Of a stretch of DNA of 64,000 bases, positions 12,454-26,677 are shown piece by piece. The position numbers and the translations under genes are program-made. Where the stretch lies: positions 125,893 to 189,892 of the forward strand of contig JAAOMT010000681.1 of assembly GCA_016748015.1 (NCBI GenBank), written 5' to 3'. Numbering within the stretch: position 1 is the first letter of the stretch; each line of letters opens with the position of its first letter. This DNA is from Geosiphon pyriformis uo1 (Eukaryota > Fungi > Glomeromycota). Under the pieces are notes generated by a model. The model searched no databases. It worked only from the letters and a program-made list of their open reading frames with translations, and was not told the origin of the DNA.

Positions 12454-15400
12454 CTGATAAGAAAATTTGTATTATTAATTAGTTATTTAAGAGTAATAAT
12501 AAGGTTTATTATACTGTAATTAAATTTGAGACAGAAAATGATTTGAAATCTGCTTTTTACACAAAACCAATTCTAGGTAGTACAAAATTTTTTTGGACCA
12601 GATTAAATTTAATTAAATATAAAAAATATAGGAATTTTAGACATTTAGCTTTGAAGTGTGATGCTTCAAGTATATTTATCTTGTCTTTCAAAAAAATTCA
12701 TAAAAAAATTTTTTTAAAAAGAGATTGTTTTGAGCTGGCCAAGTTATATACTAAGAAAAGTGTTTTTATTTTCTATTTTGCTGTCTTTGGTGACAAATTT
12801 TAAGCACAAGTAGTCTTATTTGCTGCTTTTTTAAAAATACTTATTCTGGTTTTAATTTTAAATTTCTTTTTTTTAGTTTGTTATATGTTAAAAAAGTCTT
12901 TTAATTGATCAAAATAATTTATTTATTGGTGTTTACCTGGCTTTTTTAAAATGTTTTTTAGAGCTTTTGGCTAATTAAGTATTAAATATTATATAGAAAT
13001 TAAGCAATATGAATCTGGTATTTTTGGTATTTGTTTTTTTTTTTTCTTTTTCTGCTGTGTCTGTATTATTGAACTCAAATTTGAATTTAAATATAGTCTT
13101 ATATGGCTTATCAACATTGTTTCTTTTATCTCTATCAGTTACAAAAAACAAGTTTTTGAATTTGGGTCTAAGCAGCTCAAAAGTTCTAACCACCAAAATT
13201 GAAGACTTGAAATCAAAGATAGTTGCTTTAAAAATTTTTATTAATTTAGTTTTAAAAAAATTAGATTAGTTGTGCTCTGGTTTGGGTTTTATGTTGCTTT
13301 TTTTATCTTAATAACTAATTTAATAGAAAGTTTACTACATACAATGTTTGAGATATTAATATCTCTATTAAGCAAAAAGATGTTGTTTATTGGCACACAA
13401 AGTTGGATAATATAATCTCTATAATTACAGAAACAAAATTAAGATCTAATATTAAGTCATAGATTATAAATAAGTTTAATAGTGTCTGGATTTTTATATC
13501 TGATTTGAATAAAAGTTTTTTTGGTGCTGAAATGACTATTATTATGAACAATATTTTGGCTTAACATGTCTTTAAAATAAAAAAAATTCTTGGTTATATT
13601 GTTTTAGTATAGTTTTTTTTCAAAAACAAATTCTTAATTATGGTTTTGAGTTTATATATTGGTACTTTTACTAAAACTAAGTTTAGTCAAGCTTTAAAAA
13701 TCAACTCATTTATTGCCAAAGCAATTAATTTTAGCATTTTTGTAGTCATAAGTAAAGATTTCAATAAAAATAGATCCAAAAAAGTACAAGTTTTAAATTT
13801 TGTTTGAATTTGGGTTTAGTCAACTTATTTGGTAGATATTTATTGGCTAAAGCTTTTATTTGGAGCAATTTAAAAGGTGTTACAAAAATATAATCAATGA
13901 TTTTTTCAAATAAAAACTTGTTTTCTGCAATTGCTAATCATAAAGTCAAATTAGTATCTGCCTTTTTTAATACTGACTACAAGACAGTTTTAATAATAGT
14001 AAATCTGAGTAGCTTACTGGATATATATTTAAATAGTCTATATAAACAAGTTAACAAGAATTGTTGAGAGTTTAAAATCAAAAATGTAGATAATGCAAAA
14101 TAAGTACAATTTAAAGAATATTCTTTTGCTAGATATATATTAATAACAAATAAGTTTTCAGAAACAAAACTTATAAAGATATAGATATTATGTGGAAGTT
14201 TCTGAATAAAATAATAGTGGGATCTGCTGATAAAACATTTTCTAAACATTATTTTAGTAAGTTTTAGTGTTTAAGAAAAAAACATTCTTCTAAGTTTTTT
14301 GGATTAGAATTGCTAATTGCTAAGATTATTAAGAAGTTAAGCTTTGGTAACATACTTAAATTCAACTGTTTTGTTAAAAAATAATTAACTTTGAATAGTA
14401 ATAAGACTTCTAAAGTTATAAATATGATTTAAAATAATTTAAAATTAATAAATATTTTTAAACAGTTGTTAATTGTTTGCAAAAAGTACAGGAAATCTAA
14501 ATTATATAAGTCAAAGTTGGCTGAAAAGGCAGCTATTAAGAAAATAATCAAAAAATACATGGAAAATTTTTGTTTAAATAAAAAAAACATAATAAAAAAT
14601 GTTGTACACCAGTTTTTTTGCAAAGTAGTTTTGAATTATTTGATAGTAAAGAATATATTAGTTTTGAAACCAGAAGAAGTAAAACTTAACATTAACAAAA
14701 TTATAAAAAATTAAACAAAAAAGCAGGCTATGTCTTTAGTAATATTTAATCTATAAACTTATTAATATATACTATTAAATTATATAAGTAATAACATTTT
14801 TTTTGGAATAATAGAAAAAATCTGTATGAAAAAATTACTCTTAATAATTAGTGTCTGTTTAATAATAAGGCTGCTAAGTTGTTTAATATCTTTAATAAAC
14901 TTTAAAAGCATAGTAGTAATAATGTAATAGGATTTCTTATGAATTTGTTAAATATATATTTGTTTCTTAGTGATGTTTTTGTTCTATGAAAGAAAGCTTA
15001 GGTTTTAATAATTTCCAAGTCATATAATTTAAATAGAATTTTAACAAACATTCAACCCATTATATTAATTAAAACAGTCAAAAAGATTCTTTTTAAAATT
15101 TTTTCTGATTGTATTTTAGTAGCATGTAGTAAGTTTAATGTTCTATGTAATGATTATTTTTCAGTATTAAGTTACTTTAACTCAATCTCTTGTGTTTGCT
15201 ATAGGATTTGTGATTAAGAATGCTTTAGAAAAAAATAGAAAACTTTAGTTGGTCTTACAAAATATGTGCAAAACATATAACTTAATTGAATAGCATTATC
15301 TAAGAATTATTTTACAATAAATTAAGAAAAGATTTTCTCATTTCTCTTTTGAAAAATTTTTTATAATCTATTTTTATATGAAATTAAAAGACATAAACAT

Positions 15401-18400
15401 TTATGCAGATATTAAATTAAGTTTGTGATTAGAACAGACAAATTGAAAACAAGAGTAGAATAATTTTTTTTTATTGCTAGTTTATTTATTAATAACACAA
15501 TTTGGGTTGAGAATAATCAAGCTTCTATACAATATGCTTTAAACATAACTAATAAATTTTTTATAATTAATAATATTTCAATTAACAATAAAAAAACAAT
15601 AACTATTTCTATTAATTAAAGCATTAAGATTGTTTTTTTGAGAATCAGTAGCTTGTTAATTTCTATTGCCAAAAAAAGTGAAACACACAGATATCTGGGT
15701 ATTTTTTTATTAACTGAAGAATTGTTTAAATCAAGTTTAGCTAAAACTTATTCTAATATCTAGTTTTTTGTTAATGTAGTGCTCAAAAAAACTATTACAA
15801 ATAAACAGTACTTTTATTTAGTTTTAGCTGTTTTGTAGTTCATAATTTGTTATAAATTTTAATTTAGCTTTGTTTTATTAAGTATATATTATAAATAAGA
15901 TGTTATAATTAAGAAGAATCTCAAATTTAAGGCTAATTTGCTACATAACTTTTCTAATAAAGTGCTGTATCATTTATTTTTATATGATTTAAAATTCTTT
16001 GAGCAAATACAAACTAAGATTAAATTGGCATTTGTGGTGTTTTTTGCCAATTTTTCAGACATTTTTAAACAGTTGTTTAATAACAGACATTTAAATTTAC
16101 AGGTTTTGAGCTAGAATTTTTTGAATTCATTGTAATATTCTGTTAAGTTGTGTATTAGTTCTGTTAATAATTTTTTGGTTAATAGTTTATCTCTAAATAG
16201 CAAGTTGTTTAATGTATTTTGTAGTTCTAGAAAATTTTTATGTCAAATATTTTGGAAAAGTCTTTGTACTATGCTTTAATTTGCTTTTTAAAAAATTTAG
16301 TGTGGTATTTAATGACAGATTTTTGGATAAATATAACAATATAATAGATTAGAAAACATTCTGTTATTGAAAAAAATTGGATTTTAAGAGTCTTGTACCA
16401 TTTTGGTTTAAGTTAGTTCCAAAGTTTTTTTGTAATAATACTTTTTTAGTAGTTAATTCTAATTATATTAATGAGTCAAACAGATTAAGTATTTTAGAAT
16501 TTAATAAGTTTTCTAATATCTGTAAATATTTACATAAGGTTTGAACAGATGTTATTAAAGTATATACTAATAAATTATTAAAGAATTTAGGGAAAAGTAG
16601 TTTATAGGACTATAACATACTTTTTGGTATTAAATATAGAGATTGGTATTAAAATACATGATTTTCTATTATCTACAATAATCGAATTATAGACTGTTAT
16701 TTTGTCTTTGAAGTGTGTCTTATTTTTTTGCACAGTGACTCTGTATCTAAATAGCCAAACTATTATTAATATATATATATCTAAGACTGAACTTAATATA
16801 CTGGATTTTCATAATCAATATAAAATAAAAAGAAGACATATTACTAATCTGATAAAAGGCAAAAATTTTATAGTTAGGTAGATTAAAATTAAAAACTATT
16901 CAGGTGTTTTAAATAATATCAAAGTAGATTAAATAGCAAATATGACTGTAAACTCTTTCTTGTTTTTACCAAATAAAATTTATAAATATTTTATTATAAC
17001 TGAAAACACATTTGTTTTTAACAATACTTATTATTTTATTTGTATATATATAAATCTATATATTGTGCTTATTAAAAAAATAGTATTGATTATAATATAG
17101 TCTTATATAATTTAATTTAGAAAATAGATTAAATGTTTATTGTTAAAGTATAACACTCTGATTTGCACATATTTTTTGGCTTTATAAGTAAAAAGTTTGC
17201 TAATCTATATACATATTTAATAAAAACTATTTATAAGCACTTGTTTATAACAGTTAAAAAAAAACTGTAGAATAAAAAATACCCTAAAGTATTTTGTATA
17301 AAAAGATTGAATTTACAGATTATACTTTTATTTGCTCTAAAAATATTATTATTTGTGAAAAAAATTTGACAAAACTTTCTGGCATCTGGGTTTTTTTTGT
17401 AAACATCTGTTTTTTTTTTCTTTTGCCATACTAAAAACTCTTTTTAAATATTTGATCAATATAAATTTATATGCTTTAATTTGTAAAAAATTTGTGCTAA
17501 AAAAATAGTATTTGAAAGTTGTGATGACTTTTAATAACAAAAAAAAAGCTTTAAATATTGTGATTGTTTTTATAGAACAGTTAATAGAATTTTATTGCTT
17601 AAAAATTTGGCTTATTAAATTAAAGTTTAAAGCAGATATAAAAAAAGTAAGTTTGGTAAGTAATAGAGAAGTAAAGTTTAATCTGGCTGTTAGTTTGATG
17701 ACTGGTTTATCAAATAGTATGATCTATTTATTAGGATTGATTGAATTATTTGTTATTAGTTTTGATAGACACAAACTGTGTTTGTTTTTCTTTGGTTTAA
17801 GTAGTTATATAAAGATTTATATAGATGTATAGTGTTGTTTTGTCTGGCCTAAATGACTAGTTACATGTAGAAAATATATAAGTTGTGTTTAGTTTGGTTT
17901 TATGTATTAGATAGTAGTTAGATTTTATTCATTAATAAATAAATAAAAAATAAAATAAAATAAACAAAAATTTTTTCAACTATAAAAAAACAATTAAGTA
18001 AAAAAATTTAAGCACAAAATCAAAATAATAATCAAATAATTATTTATTAAATTTTATTGTATTTTATTACTGAATTTTTTATTTTATTTTATTTTTGATT
18101 TATATTGTTAGAATTAATTTAAAAAGTTATTTGCTTGCTTTTATAAAATAAAAAATTATTAATTTTAAAAATTACTAAAGTAAAGTATAAAATAATAGTA
18201 ATAATATTAGTTTATTAAAAATTATAAACTATTTTTTTACTTTAAAATATTTTAGAAAATTAATTATACATATTAAATCTTTACAAATTTAATTAATTTA
18301 TTTAATTTAATTTTTTAATTTGTATATTGTTAGTTTTGTATAATATATTAATAAATATTTAATAAAAATACAAATAATATCTGTTATTTAATTTTAAAAA

Positions 18401-21400
18401 TATTAATATAAGATATATAATTAAAGTAACTATATTATTTTTTATTAATAATATAAACTATTTTATTTTTATATTCTTTTGCTAATTTTTAAATACAATA
18501 ATAACTCAAATGTTTATTAAATTAATCTTATATATTAAATTAGATTTATTTTTTAATTTTATATTATTATATAATATTAATAAATTTAATATTTAAAAAA
18601 ATTTTGAATAAAAGTTTTATTTATTTAAAGATTGTTTTGTGTTTTTATTATTCAAAAAAAGTATTTTAACTTTTTAACTGTTTTAAATTTTAAAAGAATT
18701 TTTAAATAATAAAAATATTAAAAACAATAAGACAAAAAAATCGCTTTTTTTTTGGTTTGGTTGTAGAAATATAAATATTATGAATTTTGAAATTTTTAAT
18801 TGTTTTTTTATTTGTATATATTCATGTTATTATTAGTACTCATTAGTTTAATTATATTAAATTGTTTATTATTTTCAATATTTTTACAAATTATAAACAA
18901 CAATATTTTTGGTTAATTTATTGTAGAAATTTTTGTTGTTCTAATTTTATTATTTAATTATAGCGAATTTTTAAAGAATGAAAATGAAATAACTAAAATA
19001 ATTTATATAATAACTAAATATGTATATTCACTATAAAGTTTTAGGAAATAAAATCTAATATATTTATTAATTTGACATATATTCAATAATTTTAATACTC
19101 TCAAAACATATTTAGTCTTGAAATCTTTTACACTCAAACTATAAAAATAAACCTAAATGTTTCATTTCAAAAGATAAAAAGTAATAGCAAAACTGAATAT
19201 GATAAAGTGTTCATAAGTGTATTTTAAATTAATAAATTAATAGGTTTTTTTTTTACCTTTAAAAATTTCCAAATTGATTATAATTTTCAAATATATAATA
19301 AAAAAATAGTAAATAAATAAATGAATTGGATTTTTTTCTCTAAATGTCTCTGAAAATTAATATATTTACCTATTAAATAAACAATCTTTATAATATATTC
19401 TAGATTTCAAATTGTTTTTATTCTTTAAAAATTTTTTTCTTTATTCTTTATAAAAATTTAGGAAAGAAAATTCAATGTATATATTTGTTTGTTTGTTTGT
19501 TTTCTTTAAATTTTTTGGGAATTACAAGAAATGTTTCATCAATTTTGAGATTTTAAGGTTTTTCTCACAAATAACATAATTTTTTTTATAAGAAGAGTAT
19601 TCGATATTGAGAAGCATGCTACCACTTTTAAATGATAATTGAATTGTGTTTATACAATCTTTGGTGAAATTTCTGAAAATTCTAAATGAATTTTCTCTAT
19701 TGCTTCTATAAATATATCTGTAAAATTTCTGAATTTTAATTTTTATATTATTAAAAATACAGTTATTATATTATCCCTAAAATCAAATGTATTCAATCAT
19801 AAAAAGTGTATAGGCTGTTATATTAATGCCAAAAAGATCTAATGTAACTATTTTATTAATAGTACACAAAAGCACTCATAATATTTTTGAAATTTACAAA
19901 CATTAAAACCAGAATTTGATGTATTTATAAGAGAATTTGCAGCACAATCAGAAATTAAATACAATAAAAATTTACTTTCATAAATTATAATTATTAAGTA
20001 ACTAATAAAATTATATGTATTTTTGTTTTGTTTGGTTTTTTTACAGTAATTAATTAAACTTGAAATAGTTTGTTAATTTTATTTTTGATCTTTTTCAAAA
20101 TTTCAGCTTTTTTTATTAAAAAATTCAATTATGAAAAATAATATTATTTTTTTAAAAAGTATTGAAATCTTTTAATAAGTAATATATTTGTAAGAATAAC
20201 CAATTCTGTTTAACTAATTGTAATTATGGTTTACCAATTTTAGGTTGTTGGAATGAATGTTTAATCGAAGTTTATGTATCTAATATTTTAAATTCTTAAT
20301 ATTATTTTCTTTCAAAAATATATGCATAGCTTGCAAACGTTATGCATATAAATCTTTTTTATTTTCAATCTAATTCTTAGACCTTGCAAGTGGATGAAAT
20401 TTTTACTCTCAATACATTTATAGTAAGTTAATAATTTAATTCAAAAAGCAGTTAATCCTATTTCTAATTTTAACCTATAACTCAAACTTATTTACAAATA
20501 AAAATAATTTTTCTTATATTTTAATATATCCCTCGTTATTAAATAAAATGAAATACGTTACTTGTACTTTAAACTTTAATAAATTTTAAAAAGTTAATAA
20601 AATAGTCATTTTAGTAATTTTTAAGTTTAATTTATTCAAAGGTTATTTTACATTTATATTAAATTATGGATATCTTCCGAAATTTTATGGACTTTGTAAT
20701 TCTTAGTGACAATTATTTATTTGAAAAATATTATATATGATTAATTATTGAAATTTCAGAGCATTTCAAAAAACCAAATGGAATTCTATTTAATCGTGCT
20801 AATAAGAAAGTCATCTTGGAAATCTTCAATGCTTGAGCCTAAACTGGATAACACTATAGGGAGTTTTTATAGCAAGTAGAGAGGCTTTCCGGTCTCCTTA
20901 CCTATTTGAGATTAATTAACCTTTTCCTTTCATCAACAAATCTGAGAATAAATAGTTTCTCAATTTTTGTGCCAAGAATTTTTAGCATTTATATATTGGT
21001 GGCCAATATATTGAATCGAGAAAATTCCGTGTTACCCTAAATTAATGTATTTATCAAAAGATTTATTTAAATTAGAATTTGTAAAAAAAGGTAAAATACC
21101 TGAGGAATTTTCTTTTTTTCTATAAAAGATAAAGCTATTTAATGAGTACAATAATAGCAATTACAATTAAATTTGCCTATGGATTCCTTTGGGAAGAACA
21201 AAAATTGATACAAGCGAAATGTTTCCTGATGGCTTCATTTATACCTGCATTTTTTACAAAATTATTATCAATGATAAACAAAATAATTTTTATTCGGTCG
21301 ATTAAATGTGCTTGCTTTCTAATACTACTTCCATTATGACGGTTCATCATCTACATGAGAATATGATGGATTTTCGAAATGATTTTGCCTCAGAATTTGT

Positions 21401-21550
21401 TGAGTGTCATTGATTTGATAAAAACAAATAATATTATTTGTGTTTTTCGATAACGAGAATTTCGAACTGTGCCAATGGAATTATTGTGTTACAATAAGGG
21501 AAAGTAATACAGTCTATGAAAAAAATAATGAGAATGACTTAATTAAATTA

Positions 21551-22036
21551 GGACTTATCAGGTCTTTGGGTCTCTTTATCCACAGAGCAAGGTGGAAATA
21601 TAACTGGAAGTATCGCTAAAATCCAAGATAAAACTATACTTAAACACTAGCGAAGTAAATTCTATTAGCCTTATTATTAAAGCCATTACTGGTAAAGAAT
21701 TCCTTAAAATAACAGCTGAAACAGAGAGAAAGGAGGTTTATCGTTGATTTTTGTAAGTGATATTCCATTTTTATAAATTATTTTATAAATTATTTTACAT
21801 GTTCCTCATAATTAAAATTTAAAAATCCTTCGTAGGATAACCATAATTTTTCGGGGTATTTATAATCTAACCACAAACAAGGGTAATATTTCTATTAAAT
21901 ATCCAGACGCCATAAAAATTTTCAAAAGCAAGATACCAAAAAAAAATCTGGAACTTTTTATGGAATAGGAATTAAAAATTTTAATGCAAGCTTAATCGCA
22001 AATTCGGTTAGCGGTGATATAAAAATTAAATTATAA
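21551..22036 (+). pseudogene. Decayed beta-strand-repeat (DUF4097/putative adhesin-like) gene, 3' exons
   Basis: Frameshifted peptides NITGSIAKIQDKTIL, NTSEVNSISLII, DNHNFSGY/NLTTNKGNISIKYP and NASLIANSVSGDIKIKL*, with a GTAAGT..CGTAG intron at ~21753-21835. Confidence 0.4.
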
Positions 22037-23467
22037 TCTCCTTATTTCTTAACTTTTGTACTGAGTTTTCCTTTGTTAAATATTTTGTTGTATTTATTCA
22101 TATGATTATTAATCCTTGTCAGCCTTAACTTGGAATAATAAACAAACTAAGTTTAAAAATAATAAAGAAATAAAAAAAATGAGAGGACTAATGATTCAAA
22201 AAAGCAACTAGTTGGTATAATTTGGGAATTAGCTTAAAAAATAAGTTATTCAAAAATTTTTTTTTTAATAAAATCCTTATATTATACTGTGTATCATTAG
22301 CTTATGCTTTTTTTCTCTTATTTTATTTCATCTTTATTATTTATATGTTTTCATGCCACAGAATTCGTTCTCATTTGACTATATCTAAGTCTTTAAATTA
22401 GATTCTTAATTATTTGTTTATTGTTTAAAAATTTTTATGAAAATTTTGAAACGACAATAATAAGAAGTGACATACTCTGCCAATATTTTCCCATTACCAA
22501 TTCTTTTATTATTCATTATTTGTTACTCTATTTTTATTTCATATCTGCTGATAAAAATAAATAAATTGAACATATATATTAATCAACGAAAAATATTTGT
22601 TTATGCTATTTATTTATTTATTTTCCTAACCAGGAAACTAATTAGAAAATAAATTATATTCATATTGCTTTAATGGTTCTCCATGTTATTATCCAGAACG
22701 AACCTTACACATCCAAGACTTGTCAAACATAATCGGGGTTGTGATAAGCAGAGATTGACAGGACAAATTTTCTGCTATCAGGTGTTTTTTCAAATATCTG
22801 CATGTATATGAGTATAATCTTTGCTCTTTATATCATGTCAGATTTGGGTGGGTGAAAATTTGTATAAAAAAATTATGTGGTATAAAATAACAACTAAAGG
22901 GCCTTTAAATTTGGGGCTATTAGTTTAGATACTTCCATAAGACTGGCGTTAGTAGTAAACAAAGATTTGAAACTGGCACGTATTCTAAAAATCAGCCATG
23001 TTTGTCTCCCCACAAAATTTATTTTGGGTTTAAACAAATATATTCGAAGATCGCTAAAAGATAAAATTTTCCAAGGTATTTTACTGAGAGTGCGGGAGCA
23101 TGTGTTCAAGACTCCAAATTTTAAAATTTTCATAAAATACAAATAATAGTTTTTTAAAAAGTTCTAACATTATTTAAAATAAAACAAAACATAGTGTGAT
23201 ATCTGAAATAAAATATAAAATTTTTGATATACCCCACCTTTTTGTCATCTAAAGATATATTATAGAGATCTTTATTTAATTAATTCTAATACGAGATCTC
23301 TATGCATCTAATAAAAACAGTTGAAAATCTCGACAAAACAATAACTTCTAGCGTTTCCTGAAATTATAAAGAGCTTTTTTTTTGACGTCTTAGCCTGTTC
23401 TTCTCACCATTACTTCTTAAACAAACTTACTTTACAAATTTGATTTCTCAAAAATAATATTTTCAAA

Positions 23468-25077
23468 ATGAAGATTAAAGGTAAGTCCTTTTTTATTACG
23501 GGAGGGTAAGAAATTTAGATTTCAATTTTTTTCTAATCCATCCAAAGTCTCGTTTATTTCCCTTTTTAGGCGTGTTTTGCCAAAATCATCTTTTTACAAC
23601 TGAGAGTTGAGATTTTTATTCTAATCTTTTTACATCGCTATCTATGCAGATTAAGTGGTTTAGGCGAAGCCACTGTGATTGTGCTTTTGGAACTTGAGGC
23701 AAACGTGGTGGTCAGTTTGTGAAAAATTTAATTCCAAGCTCAAAAGTGGTTATAATTTAATTTTTGTAAAGATACTAACTTCATACTAAATCTTCAAATC
23801 AGATAATCGATACACAACCTCCGAAAATTTCCAAGGATTTTGCTGAAAAACAATCACAGATCTTATATGTAAAGGCTGATGTTACTTCTATGGTAACTTG
23901 AGAAGAAATAAGCATTCTTTATCATTATATAAAAAAAATGCTTTCCTTCTAAATTTCTATCTAAAGAATCTATTTTAATAATAGCAAGAAGTTCGTAAAG
24001 CAATTGAATATGGGGTCGCAAAGTTTGGCTTAACATTTGGCGGAGTGATCAACTACAGTGGAATATTAATTCCAGGGAAAGTTTGTATCTTTCTTTTTCA
24101 TTAACTACTGAAGTAATAAGCTTCCTCTATTTCTCACCTATATTAATTTTGTTATAAAATAGACGGTGGAAGATGGAACAGCAATGGATTTTAGAGCAGG
24201 TCAAAAACATAGTCAATGTGAATCTGGTAAGTAACACCCGTTAGTTTAATTATTAAGCTTTTTTTAACTGAATACAGAAAAAAATTTATTTCCTTAGATT
24301 GGGACAATTAATGTTGCAAGTCAAGTAGCAGCCCTTCTAAATTAAACAAGAGCCAGAAGAAGATGGTAGGTTTTAAAATATTCTTCACCCCACTTGCTAA
24401 ATTTCAGTTTATCTGAAACCTTATTTAAATATATTCTCCTTTCGCATAGGTGAACGTGGTGCTATCATTAACGTTTCCTCAGTCGCATATATTGAAGGGG
24501 ATTCTGGTCAAGTTGCGTACTGTGCATCAAAGGGTGGCATTGCCGGGATTACGCGTGAGCATTATGATCTTTCGTTTGAGTCTTAAAATTAAAATAATAA
24601 TAAACACTTTAGGGAGTAGAATTATTTAAATTTCAAATTCTTTAAAGTCCCAATGGCACGTGAACTTTCTATATATGGGATTAGGGTTCTCGCTATCGCA
24701 CCAGGATGCTTCGGTAAGTTTTTATGCGGGTTAAAATTCACAGCTTTATTTCTATTTTCATCAATTCGGTTTCGAAATATTAATTTCCTCTTAATTCAGT
24801 TACACCTATGCTCAAAATAATGCCGGATCAAGCACTGGTCAAACTCACGGATATGATAGCATTTCCTCAGAGGTTTGGAAAACCATCAGGTAATTATTAT
24901 TATTATTATTAACCTGCTAAAATCTTTAGCATTCTAATTTCTTTTTATGTTTAAATTTTTTTCTTTTGCTATACATAACCAGAATTTGCCAAACTCGTAA
25001 TTTATTTAATCGAGAATACTTATATGAATGGTGAAATTGTAAGAATTGATGGAGGACTCCGGGTTGGAAACCTTTGA
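23468..25077 (+). pseudogene. Short-chain dehydrogenase, 3-hydroxyacyl-CoA dehydrogenase type-2 (HSD17B10-like), 10 exons, two apparent +1 frameshifts
   Basis: Spliced peptide [90 protein letters not shown], containing TGxxxGxG and YxxxK motifs. Extra T at ~24190 and extra A at ~24340. Confidence 0.85.
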
Positions 25078-25167
25078 TCACTTTCAAATCTTTCTTTGAA
25101 ACTTTTCGTTTTTAAACTAAAATCAGTTTCTTTCAATACTAATCTTTTGAATACTAATGAAGCTTAT

Positions 25168-25420
25168 TTTGTCACCATTGTGGTAAACAAAGCCATCTAA
25201 AAGCAGATTGCTGCTTTAGATTTAATAACCAATGATCAGGAAATCAATATTGAAACCCCGATCACAGGTTTCAAACCCAGAACTACGCCAACAATTCAAT
25301 CGCGTCCGTCATTGTCATCATCAAATCAACCGCGGCAACAAGAAACGCGTAATTGTCACCATTGTGGTAAACAAGGCCATCTAAAAGCAGATTGCCGCTC
25401 TAGATTTAATAACCAACAAC
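25168..25420 (+). mobile_element. Short Gypsy gag zinc-knuckle fragment with internal duplication
   Basis: CHHCGKQ(G/S)HLKADC is encoded twice (~25170 and ~25354). It aligns with the reverse complement of ~10015-10165 in the LTR element. Confidence 0.8.
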
Positions 25421-26383
25421 TGAATCAATTTCCAAATGGATTTCGTATTCGTTGTCTATATTTGAAAAATTCTTCTTTGCAAGTACAACTTTGCCCTTTG
25501 CTTATTTAATACACCTGACAATAGTGTTATGGTTTTTCGAAAACGATCGATATAAAATAAATAAAATACTTGTAAAGCTAAATTTTTCCACCAACTTTAT
25601 TCTCTTCAATTAAGTCGTAGAATTTATCAGCAGCTTCTTTGAAAGCGGTAGCCTTGATTTCCCCCTTAGATGAGAATAAAATTCCTTGTAATATATACTT
25701 TTTAATAAAATCTGCGAATAAGAAATCATCCATTAATCCATTAACACTCTGTGAAAGGAATCCAGACTGATTTTGATTTGAAAATTTACAGTGATTAATC
25801 ATATTTTATATATGAAGGCCGGCATCTATTCATCAGCATCCGTTTACATTATCATTTGGTAATTAAGCATCTTATTGGATAACGCATTTTGACTTAACCA
25901 GTCAATACCGATCTTATTTTGCTCAACTAATTTTTAGAGAGCCAAGAACTTGAAGTTTTTGCGATCAAATTTAAATGTCTCACGTTTGATTAATAAAATC
26001 TCTAAAATTGGGTTAAACATAAGAAAATATCATAAGTAGGCTATTGGAACTGAATAAATGTGTACATAAATTATTTTATTTTTAATTAGATCCAATTTAG
26101 GAAACAAAAAAACAATATTATTACAAATAGGAATAACATGCTAACAGATAGCAGAAAGTAAAGTAACTGAGAACAAAATAAAATTTATTAATTAATTAAT
26201 GTTTTAATATTTTCAAAGGAAATTTGAAGGTAAAGAAATTGTCAATAAAAGATAAAATGGCTATTTTGGTTTTGTGCGTTATTTTGTACTTTAGAATTTA
26301 AATAAAAGATATTAAATATTTTTAACAGTAATTTATTCAAATTCTAATAAAAATACAAATTTCAAAAAAATTTATGAATTCGT

Positions 26384-26677
26384 GTGCTCATATTTTTAGA
26401 AAAATTTTACTGCGACTTTTTAAACGGCAATAAAGTAGTTGATAAAATAATTAAGAATCCAATTTATAGTAAATATAGATTGAATTACTATGAATGGATT
26501 TCATGGGAGCATTTGTCGAATCTCAACGAAATTGCTAGAGGAGGGTTCAGTATGATTTATAAAGTAACCTTAATTGATGGATTGATTCGTAAATATAGTA
26601 TAAGATATAATAATGAATATTTAAAAGACAAGGAAAGAGATGGAGAAGTAGCAATAAAAATTATAAATTCTCTTTAA
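26384..26677 (+). pseudogene. Truncated tyrosine-kinase-like (TKL) kinase N-lobe fragment
   Basis: NGNKVVDKII..YEWISWEHLSNLNEIARGGFSMIYK..VAIKII then a stop. No catalytic loop was found downstream. Confidence 0.7.

Larger units (their letters stand above)
6140..17962 (+). mobile_element. Degenerate near full-length LINE (ORF1; ORF2 = AP endonuclease, RT, RNase H, zf-RVT), interrupted by an LTR element at 7133-12453
   Basis: ORF1 reads across the insertion (..LSTLLKRT | DKKICIIN..KFETENDLKSAFYTKPILG). EN-like TTYNV*DIN..IITETKLR at ~13330-13445. RT-like LTNIQPIILIKTVKKIL (~15040), LVLQNMCKTYN (~15250) and FINNTIWV at 15485-15508 (decayed F-x-D-D). RNase H-like VYTNKLLKNL at ~16560 (decayed VYTDGS). 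A-rich 3' tail. Confidence 0.85.

Noticed and set aside
6-20300. Numerous 60-140 aa F/L/I/K/N-rich ORFs
   Set aside because: They are chance ORFs in extreme AT-rich DNA, or off-frame and antisense pieces of the decayed retroelements.
25450-25950. Minus-strand ORF 25578-25802 as a gene
   Set aside because: The composition is coding-like, but there is no recognisable motif or complete gene model. It is probably a gene fragment.
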